64,000 nucleotides of DNA from Candidatus Magasanikiibacteriota bacterium (lineage in GTDB: Bacteria > Patescibacteriota > Patescibacteriia > Magasanikbacterales > UBA922), in assembly GCA_014729395.1 (NCBI GenBank), contig WJJZ01000014.1:1955-65954 (forward strand), written 5' to 3'. The notes below the pieces were generated by a model. That model saw only the letters and a program-made list of their open reading frames with translations. It was not told the origin of the DNA and ran no database searches. Both the position numbers and the translations under genes were made by a program. This document shows positions 1-6,809 of this stretch, one piece after another. Position 1 is the stretch's first letter, and every line of letters begins with the position of its first letter.

Positions 1-783
<783 letters not shown>

Positions 784-890
784 AAAGGCTCGAAAAGCTT
801 TAAAGGCCGGAAAGGCCGGAAAGGCTTTTGGGTAATATTTAAAGAAGAGCCTTTTGAGCCTTTTAGGCATTTATGGCTTTTCAAGCATTT
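784..890. repeat. 9-bp-periodic AAAGGCNNN repeat block: 5 forward units then about 5 reverse (GCCTTTTNN) units; solo MITE-like copy filling the atpD-atpC intergenic region
   Basis: Read directly: aaaaggctc gaaaagctt taaaggccg gaaaggccg gaaaggctt ... agccttttg agcctttta ggcatttat ggcttttca agc; left end aaaaggctCgaaaagc differs by 1 nt from the 16-bp TIR at 1316-1331. Confidence 0.5.
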
Positions 891-894
891 TATT

Positions 895-1317
895 ATGATT
901 AAATTCAAAATTGCCACACCTGAACGAATTATCTATGAAGATGAAGTAAAACAGGTTTCTATTCCTACTATAAACGGAGAGATTACAGTTTTACCAAATC
1001 ACATCCCACTGGTTTCAGTTCTGAAAGCCGGTGAGCTTAGGATTGAAGACAAAGAGGGTGAACATCCTATTGCCATTGCCGGTGGTTTTTTGGAGGTAAG
1101 AGGTAACAATGAATTAATAATTTTGGCTGATAATGCTGAAAGGGCCGAAGAGATTGATATTGAACGAGCCAAAGAAGCTCGTGAAAGAGCTATAAAACAA
1201 ATGGAAGAAGCAAAAAATAGACAAGATGTTGACTTTGCCAAATTACAGGCAGTACTGGATAGAGAAATGAATAGGATTAGAGTGGGGAGGAAGTATAAAG
1301 ATGTAGGAAAGGCCTAA
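895..1317 (+). CDS. atpC: F0F1 ATP synthase epsilon subunit
   Basis: 140 aa directly downstream of atpD; N-terminal beta-sandwich motif (KIATPERIIYEDEVKQVSIPTINGEITVLPNHIPLVSVL) and C-terminal helical hairpin. Confidence 0.8.
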   Translation: MIKFKIATPERIIYEDEVKQVSIPTINGEITVLPNHIPLVSVLKAGELRIEDKEGEHPIAIAGGFLEVRGNNELIILADNAERAEEIDIERAKEARERAIKQMEEAKNRQDVDFAKLQAVLDREMNRIRVGRKYKDVGKA

Positions 1318-1474
1318 AAGGCTGGAAAAGCCAGAAAGGCCTGCTAAGTATAAATTTTAAATTTAAAATTTTGAATTTCGATTGAATTTTAAATTATTAA
1401 ATAATTGAATTATTAAAAATTGATTCAAAATTTGAAATTCAAAATTCTAGCGTCAGTCTTCAATAGTAAATAAA

Positions 1475-1498
1475 ACACCCAAGCCGGGTGTTATTTTT
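1475..1498 (+). terminator. Rho-independent terminator hairpin (ACACCC-aagcc-GGGTGT) plus T-run
   Basis: aacacccaagccgggtgttattttt read directly. Confidence 0.6.
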
Positions 1499-1531
1499 GG
1501 CTTATTTCAGCTAATAATTAATAAACTTAGC

Positions 1532-1560
1532 TTGACAAAACCTTATTTTTCTGCTATTAT
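1532..1560 (+). promoter_or_regulatory. Sigma-70-type promoter TTGACA-17-TATTAT
   Basis: ttgaca(1532-1537), 17-nt spacer, tattat(1555-1560); extended agcTTGACA also seen at 2418-2428. Confidence 0.55.
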
Positions 1561-1597
1561 TAAGCGTTAAAATCGGTTCATTTTATTAAGGTTTATC

Positions 1598-1659
1598 CTT
1601 GCTTTCTTTAGGTTTGTTTTTGCTTTTAAAGCAGATCAAAAGAAAGCTTTGGGATAAAC
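1598..1659 (+). ncRNA. Structured 5' leader: long imperfect hairpin GGTTTATCC...GGATAAACC with inner GCTTTCTTT/AAAGAAAGC pairing, upstream of the GC-rich ORF
   Basis: Inverted repeats read directly; function unknown (candidate cis-regulatory RNA). Confidence 0.3.
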
Positions 1660-1764
1660 CCTCGGCTAATACAAAAGTGTCTGCTAGTTTTAGCGGTAAT
1701 ATGCTTAAAGCATAGGGGCTATAAGTGTAGAACTGTTTGACAGCGGATGCGAAAGGAGCGAAAA

Positions 1765-2319
1765 ATGAAGATTACGGTAGAGCAAATTGGTGAGCTGGTG
1801 GAGCAGAGCAAGGGAGAAAACCCGAGAATCACCCGGGAAAGCCTGCAGGCCTTCCTGCGGAATCCCCATTCGGAGGTAAACGCCAAGTCGGTCGAGTACG
1901 TCGTCTCCGTCGATTACGGGATGAGCCTCGCCGAGATGATCGCCGCCGGTCAGTACGGCTGGAAGAACAGCGACATCAACGCGGACAACTTCCCTGTCGC
2001 GGGCGAGGGTATCGCCGAGACCAAGCTCGAGCTTGTCCACCTCAACAAGAAGGCGAGCACGGACGAGGTCGAGGCGTATCTCGAGGAGAACGACCTGCGT
2101 CCGGCGACGCTCGCGGAGCTCCTGGCGTTCGGGACCATGTTCCCCGAGATCCAGCGGGACTTCCCCGTGATCGCTCTCGGCTCGTCTTGTGTCCGCTCGG
2201 ACGGCAACCGGTTCGTGCCCTACCTCTACAGGGACGGCTCCGAGCGGAGCCTCAACCTGAGCTGGGACGACCACGACTGGTACGAGATCTTCCGTTTCCT
2301 CGCCGTCCGCAAGTCCTAG
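1765..2319 (+). CDS. Hypothetical protein, about 65% GC, horizontally acquired (actinobacterial-type codon usage)
   Basis: ATG at 1765 after SD aaaggagcg; GC3 near-saturated, unlike all neighbours; ORF track starts at the upstream in-frame ATG 1747; no recognisable domain. Confidence 0.55.
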   Translation: MKITVEQIGELVEQSKGENPRITRESLQAFLRNPHSEVNAKSVEYVVSVDYGMSLAEMIAAGQYGWKNSDINADNFPVAGEGIAETKLELVHLNKKASTDEVEAYLEENDLRPATLAELLAFGTMFPEIQRDFPVIALGSSCVRSDGNRFVPYLYRDGSERSLNLSWDDHDWYEIFRFLAVRKS

Positions 2320-2358
2320 GTGCTTGTCGCCTTGGGTCCTTGGAGCTGGTTCTTGGTT

Positions 2359-2378
2359 CCCTGCCTGCCGGCAGGCAG
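2359..2378. terminator. Perfect 20-bp GC palindrome cctgcctgccggcaggcagg ending the GC-rich segment; high-GC-style terminator hairpin without a U-tract
   Basis: Read directly. Confidence 0.4.
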
Positions 2379-2558
2379 GCTTGGTCCCATGACGCTTGTG
2401 TCTCATGAATTATGAACCAAGCTTGACAGCACAACAATTTTATGATTTATTTAAATTCTAAAATCGATCTTTTAACAATAAGTTAGTCTTGAATTTCCTC
2501 ATTTCCAATTTCGGCAAGGATAAACGTCTCCTCAAAATAGGAGACAAAGGAGAAAAAC

Positions 2559-2786
2559 ATGGAGACTTTGAAAGCAAAAAAAAATCTACCGATCGAAGGA
2601 CGTAACTATGAGGTTCTTGGTTTTTTTGAAACCGGCGAAGAATCAGAGAGCACCTCAACGGCGGAAGTGATGAATGCGAATTTCGGTAGAGAAGACGGGG
2701 AACACTTCCTAAACATCGGCGGATTGTTTATATTTAATTTATTTATAGCATCACGATGCTTAGAGCCTTGTGTTCTCAAAGCCTGA
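2559..2786 (+). CDS. Hypothetical small protein (75 aa) with hydrophobic C-terminus
   Basis: SD aaaggag 7 nt before the ATG; preceded by a perfect 7-bp hairpin gtctcct-caaaat-aggagac; followed by a terminator. Confidence 0.35.
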   Translation: METLKAKKNLPIEGRNYEVLGFFETGEESESTSTAEVMNANFGREDGEHFLNIGGLFIFNLFIASRCLEPCVLKA

Positions 2787-2811
2787 ATTTTCTTTTCATT
2801 AGACACAACAA

Positions 2812-2864
2812 AACCCCGCACGTGAAAGTTCAATAGAACGAGTAACGCGCGGGGTTCTTTTATT
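2812..2864 (+). terminator. Rho-independent terminator (aaccccgcacg...cgcgcggggtt + TCTTTTATTT)
   Basis: Read directly. Confidence 0.55.
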
Positions 2865-2939
2865 TATTATAACCATAGCCTTTTGAGCCTTTTAGGTTTT
2901 TTAAGCTTTTCCAGCCTTTTATTTATCCCCAAAAAAATC

Positions 2940-2968
2940 TTGATAATTTAGTACAATTTAGGTATAAT
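2940..2968 (+). promoter_or_regulatory. Promoter TTGATA-17-TATAAT upstream of the antiporter gene
   Basis: ttgata(2940-2945), 17-nt spacer, tataat(2963-2968). Confidence 0.5.
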
Positions 2969-3002
2969 ATTGCCGTCCCAAATGGGGCGGTTTTAAATTA
3001 CA

Positions 3003-3050
3003 AAAAGCCTTGTGAGCTTAGTAAGCTTCGCAGGCCTCGTAAGCATTTTA
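3003..3050. repeat. 9-bp-periodic RGCYT unit repeat block (agccttgtg agcttagta agcttcgca ggcctcgta agcatttta)
   Basis: Read directly; same period and flavour as the 784-890 and 4516-4560 blocks. Confidence 0.4.
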
Positions 3051-3055
3051 TATTT

Positions 3056-4360
3056 ATGCAAAAAATTAAATCATTTTTGCTTTTAGCTGTAGAGCTAATT
3101 GCTTTCTCCGCTATTTTATACTATCTGCGCGGAGCACTGGAACATTCTCATCATCATGAGATAAACACAATCATGCCAATCTTGATTGATATCGCATTTT
3201 TGGCAATTTTCGCTTCTTTTGGCGGGCGCTTGGCCAAGATAGTCGGTATTGCCCCGATGGCCGGTAAGATCATTATGGGTATTATCGCCGGACCTGCGTT
3301 GATTGGTGTGTTGCAACCAAATGCCGAGGGTGTAGAGATTGCCAGACTGGCCGGTGTGTTATTTATTTTGTTTGAAGCCGGTTTGCATTTTGATATGGAA
3401 TTACTCAAGAAAAATATCGGTATTGCCAGTCTTGTCGCTTTTTGTGGTGTTTTGATTCCTCTGGTTTCTATTGCTCTGTTAGGCCACTATGGTTTTGGAT
3501 TGACTTGGATGCCGGCAATATTTTTAGGGGGCGTATTCACTGCCACTTCAGTCGGTTTGTCGGTTGAAGCCTTGAAGCGAGCCGGGAAATTGTCAACCAA
3601 CATGGGGAACAAAATTGTCGGTGCAGCCGTGATTGATGATATTTTGGGTGTCTTAGTCCTAACTGTGCTGGCAAAGATGTCAGAAGGTCATTTAGAGGCT
3701 ATGAGCATAGTCTGGATCGGTGTGGCTGTGGTAGCTTTCTTCGGAGGTGCTTATGCTTTATGGAGTTGGGGTGTGGCTGATAAAATTGCCAAGTATCTTG
3801 ATAAACATTATTTGGATACCAGCACCGGACCTTATACCAGATTTTTCTTTGGCGCTCTTATGATGGCCGGAGCTCTTGCAGCCGTAGTTGGTTTGGAACC
3901 TGTTTTGGGTGCCTTTGGTATTGGTGTGGTTTTGTCAAAGGTGGATAATGAAATAAAACACAGTGCCTGGGAAAAAATAGAAGGCTATATGCATATTTTT
4001 GTCGGAGGCTTCTTGGTAAGTATTGGTACCATGCTGCCGCGCGAAGCTTTACTAGCGCCAAAAGCATGGATTCTGGCTATTATTTTAACGATTGTCGGTT
4101 TCTATGGTAAGTATGTCGTGAAATATTTATTCAAAGACAAAAAAGAAGGAAAATTGGTTGCTCTTGCCATGTCTATTCGTGGTGAGGTTGGTCTGGTGTT
4201 TGTAGCTGTAGCTATAAATTACCATGTATTGGATAGCGTTACCGCCGCCGCTGCATTACTCGCTGTAATTCTCGTAACCGTACTTGGGGCTATTTTATTT
4301 GAAAAAGGAGTTATGAAAGATAGTGGAAAGAAATTAGACGCACCGGGAGAAGCGATTTAA
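3056..4360 (+). CDS. Cation:proton antiporter, CPA2 (Kef/NapA-type Na+/H+ exchanger family)
   Basis: 434 aa polytopic membrane protein; glycine-rich TM segments typical of the sodium/hydrogen exchanger fold. Confidence 0.7.
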   Translation: MQKIKSFLLLAVELIAFSAILYYLRGALEHSHHHEINTIMPILIDIAFLAIFASFGGRLAKIVGIAPMAGKIIMGIIAGPALIGVLQPNAEGVEIARLAGVLFILFEAGLHFDMELLKKNIGIASLVAFCGVLIPLVSIALLGHYGFGLTWMPAIFLGGVFTATSVGLSVEALKRAGKLSTNMGNKIVGAAVIDDILGVLVLTVLAKMSEGHLEAMSIVWIGVAVVAFFGGAYALWSWGVADKIAKYLDKHYLDTSTGPYTRFFFGALMMAGALAAVVGLEPVLGAFGIGVVLSKVDNEIKHSAWEKIEGYMHIFVGGFLVSIGTMLPREALLAPKAWILAIILTIVGFYGKYVVKYLFKDKKEGKLVALAMSIRGEVGLVFVAVAINYHVLDSVTAAAALLAVILVTVLGAILFEKGVMKDSGKKLDAPGEAI

Positions 4361-4394
4361 TCTTGAGAAATATAGAAAAATATTGTAAACTAAA

Positions 4395-4419
4395 GCCGTC
4401 TCGTAAGAGGCGGTTTTTT
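4395..4419 (+). terminator. Rho-independent terminator (gccgtctc-gtaa-gaggcgg + TTTTTT)
   Basis: Read directly. Confidence 0.55.
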
Positions 4420-4515
4420 GGTAACAATGAACAAAATAATTTCTACTCGTCTTATTAAAGAATTTAAAATTTTCCACGCCTCTGACTAAGTCTGGAAAAA
4501 ATTTAATTCACCCTT

Positions 4516-4560
4516 GGCCTTTCCAGCCTTTCAGGCATTTCTGGCCTTTTAAGCCTTTTT
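4516..4560. repeat. 9-bp-periodic GCCTTT repeat block (ggcctttcc agcctttca ggcatttct ggcctttta agccttttt)
   Basis: Read directly; resembles the right-hand TIR gcttttccagcctttt. Confidence 0.45.
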
Positions 4561-4562
4561 AT

Positions 4563-4982
4563 ATGTCCCACACATGTTCGTCCGCGTTAATCCGTTGCAT
4601 GGATTTTCGCCTTACTAAAGCAATAAACAATTGGATGGAAGAAAAAAATATCATGAATGACTGTGATATTATTTCCATTGCCGGAGTGGTAAAAGAAATC
4701 GCTTTAAATAAAGATTCTGAAGCTGCTAAATTTATTCTTTCACAAATTGAATTATCAAAAAAATTACATGATATTCAAACTTTATATTTGATTCATCACA
4801 CAGATTGCGGAGCTTATGGTGGTCATAGTGCTTTTGATGATTTAGAAGAAGAAAAAAATAAACATATCAAAGATATGAATGCTGCCAAGGTTATAATTGA
4901 AGAGAATATTGATGGTGTACAAGTTAAATTGGTTTTAGCTGATATGAAAGATGATGGGGTGATTGATATAGGGGAGATTTAA
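4563..4982 (+). CDS. Beta-class carbonic anhydrase-like protein, short form
   Basis: CMDFR and HHTDCGA fit the beta-CA zinc-ligand motifs CxDxR and HxxCG; only 139 aa, so an atypical minimal member. Confidence 0.4.
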   Translation: MSHTCSSALIRCMDFRLTKAINNWMEEKNIMNDCDIISIAGVVKEIALNKDSEAAKFILSQIELSKKLHDIQTLYLIHHTDCGAYGGHSAFDDLEEEKNKHIKDMNAAKVIIEENIDGVQVKLVLADMKDDGVIDIGEI

Positions 4983-5075
4983 TACATGATACACAATTCA
5001 TGCCTGCCTTTGGCAGGGAACACGAGACAAAAATTTTGAATCGTGATATGTGTATCGTGAATCGTGTTTTGTAAT

Positions 5076-5104
5076 TTGACAGCATTTTAATAAAAATTTA
5101 TAAT
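5076..5104 (+). promoter_or_regulatory. Perfect consensus promoter TTGACA-17-TATAAT
   Basis: ttgaca(5076-5081), 17-nt spacer, tataat(5099-5104); about 30 nt upstream of the 44-aa Cys-rich ORF. Confidence 0.6.
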
Positions 5105-5135
5105 TATAAACAGATAACTTCTAAATAAATAAATT

Positions 5136-5270
5136 ATGGAAGAAAATAAATGCCAAAAGTGCGAAACTGTATTAAATGAAATGAATAGATGTTGTGATGG
5201 CGGCACATGCTGCAAAGACTGTCACTCAAATTGCGGTCCTGAATGTAATTGTCAGCCCAATAAAGAATAG
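5136..5270 (+). CDS. Cys-rich microprotein (44 aa, 10 Cys), metallothionein-like CxC / CC / CxxC spacing
   Basis: MEENKCQKCETVLNEMNRCCDGGTCCKDCHSNCGPECNCQPNKE translated by hand; below the ORF-track size cutoff; consensus promoter upstream, T-rich hairpin downstream. Confidence 0.45.
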   Translation: MEENKCQKCETVLNEMNRCCDGGTCCKDCHSNCGPECNCQPNKE

Positions 5271-5331
5271 ATCTAACGGTCTATTTTTTTGTTCTTTTCA
5301 TAAGGGGGTACGCAAAACAAGGAGGTAGTGT

Positions 5332-5502
5332 ATGAATCCCTGCTTCAAAAGAGCGATAGAGAAATTTGGACACCGGAGGGGTATGTTCCCAAAAGTGTTA
5401 AATAAATATTGCAGGAGGTGCAAAAAAGATCGTCGACTTATAAAAAAAACGGCACGATTTTACATTTGCCCCGGTTGCAATACGATGTTTGCCAAATTTT
5501 AA
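5332..5502 (+). CDS. Small zinc-ribbon protein (56 aa, CxxC...CxxC)
   Basis: MNPCFKRAIEKFGHRRGMFPKVLNKYCRRCKKDRRLIKKTARFYICPGCNTMFAKF; strong SD aaggagg 7 nt upstream. Confidence 0.5.
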   Translation: MNPCFKRAIEKFGHRRGMFPKVLNKYCRRCKKDRRLIKKTARFYICPGCNTMFAKF

Positions 5503-5588
5503 TACAACTACCTACGTTTTTTTTGGAGAGATCTTTATGGTCTCTTCTTTTATTTGTGTTATAATAAATATAGTATTAATAATAAAAT

Positions 5589-6122
5589 ATGAGTAAAAAA
5601 CCATACATGCCTTTGGTGCTTGGGACAGCAAGAAATGGTCGACGGTCTGAAAAAGTAGCTTTATACTTTTTTGAACTGTTAAAAAAGCATAATGTAAGTT
5701 CCCGTCTGGTAGATGTTCGTAAAATGATAACCCCATATACGGTCGCGGCTTGGATGGAAGATGAAAAGGCGGCCGATTGGCGAAAAATTGCCACCAAAGC
5801 TGACGCTTTAATAATAGTTACACCTGAATATAATCACGGTTATCCGGGTGAACTGAAGATTTTGCTCGATTATGCTTTTAAAGAGTATGAAGATAAGCCG
5901 GTTGGTTTGTGTACAGTATCCAATGGCGGATTTGGTGGCGTCAGATGTGCGGAAAATTTGTTACCCGTTTTACATGCTTTTAAAATGTGTGTTGTGTATG
6001 AAAAGATCCATATATCCAATGTGGAAAAAAGTTTTTCAAAAGATAAAAATGAATTGGATGCTGAATATAAAGAAAAATTTGATAATCTGGTAAAATCTCT
6101 TGACGAACATATTAAAATTTGA
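5589..6122 (+). CDS. NAD(P)H-dependent FMN reductase family (flavodoxin-like fold)
   Basis: LVLGTARNGRRSEKVA and ALIIVTPEYNHGYPGELKILLD motifs. Confidence 0.6.
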   Translation: MSKKPYMPLVLGTARNGRRSEKVALYFFELLKKHNVSSRLVDVRKMITPYTVAAWMEDEKAADWRKIATKADALIIVTPEYNHGYPGELKILLDYAFKEYEDKPVGLCTVSNGGFGGVRCAENLLPVLHAFKMCVVYEKIHISNVEKSFSKDKNELDAEYKEKFDNLVKSLDEHIKI

Positions 6123-6178
6123 ATCAATAATTGATATTTGATAATATTGACTAAATAATATAAATATTAAGCAATAAT

Positions 6179-6712
6179 ATGAGTAATATAAAAGCCAGAG
6201 TTTCAATGTTAAGTTCCGACGACGTACCTGAAGATATACAAATAATGTATCACACATGGGAGGAAAAATTAGGGAAAATTCCCGAATGGGCCCAGGTGAT
6301 GGCTCACAAACCGAAGATTTTGAAGCACTTTGCCGGTCTTATGAAAGCAACAATGGGTTCAGAGGAAGTTTCAGAAGAATTAAAATGGACAATAGCTTAT
6401 CATGTTTCTAAGATAAACGAATGTGAATATTGTGTAAAAGTCACCAGTAAGAAATTAGAATCAATGGGAATGAAGGAAGAGTTGGTGGACGAAGTTGAAA
6501 AAAGAGTTGAAGAGATGGAGGAAAAAGAAATGGTGGCCTTGAAATATGCTCATATTACGACCAAAGAGGCTTATAAATTACCTGAAGAAGTATTTAATAA
6601 CTTAAAAGAATATTATAATGAAAATCAGATTGTGGAAATTACCGCAGTGGTGGGGTTATTTAATTTTATTAATAGGTTTAATGATGCGTTGGGGGTTTTA
6701 CCCGGAGTTTAA
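6179..6712 (+). CDS. Carboxymuconolactone decarboxylase / AhpD-like family protein
   Basis: AYHVSKINECEYCVKVTSKKL resembles the CMD/AhpD catalytic core. Confidence 0.45.
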   Translation: MSNIKARVSMLSSDDVPEDIQIMYHTWEEKLGKIPEWAQVMAHKPKILKHFAGLMKATMGSEEVSEELKWTIAYHVSKINECEYCVKVTSKKLESMGMKEELVDEVEKRVEEMEEKEMVALKYAHITTKEAYKLPEEVFNNLKEYYNENQIVEITAVVGLFNFINRFNDALGVLPGV

Positions 6713-6723
6713 GATTTATATAA

Positions 6724-6796
6724 CTGACGGATTACGGTTGAAACTGATTTACGGATTGAAAAAATATCCGTAAATCGGTCTGTATCCGTAAATCAG
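6724..6796. promoter_or_regulatory. Cluster of four ACGGAT-containing inverted repeats (candidate operator) just upstream of the helicase-nuclease gene
   Basis: gacggattacgg, ctgatttacggat, atccgtaaatcgg, atccgtaaatcagt; the outer 14-mers ctgatttacggat / atccgtaaatcag are perfect inverted repeats. Confidence 0.4.
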
Positions 6797-6809
6797 TAAT
6801 CAAAGAAGA

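Larger units (their letters stand above)
1316..2920. mobile_element. Putative non-autonomous (MITE-like) element bounded by perfect 16-bp terminal inverted repeats AAAAGGCTGGAAAAGC (1316-1331; reverse complement 2905-2920), carrying a GC-rich cargo ORF
   Basis: Both ends read inward as aaaaggctggaaaagc followed by further 9-bp AAAGGC units. Interior holds AT-rich palindromes, a terminator, a consensus promoter, a hairpin leader, a 65% GC ORF, a GC palindrome, a second promoter-like site, a small ORF and a terminator. No transposase. Confidence 0.45.

Noticed and set aside
784-890. Possible CRISPR array from the short tandem units
   Set aside because: Units are 9 bp with no unique spacers and no cas genes; this is a periodic repeat or MITE end, not CRISPR.
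1705-2406. 233-aa minus-strand ORF antisense to the GC-rich gene, and nested ORFs 1950-2207, 2187-2408, 2252-2437
   Set aside because: These are long stop-free antisense frames, as expected in 65% GC DNA. The sense ORF has the SD/ATG and promoter.
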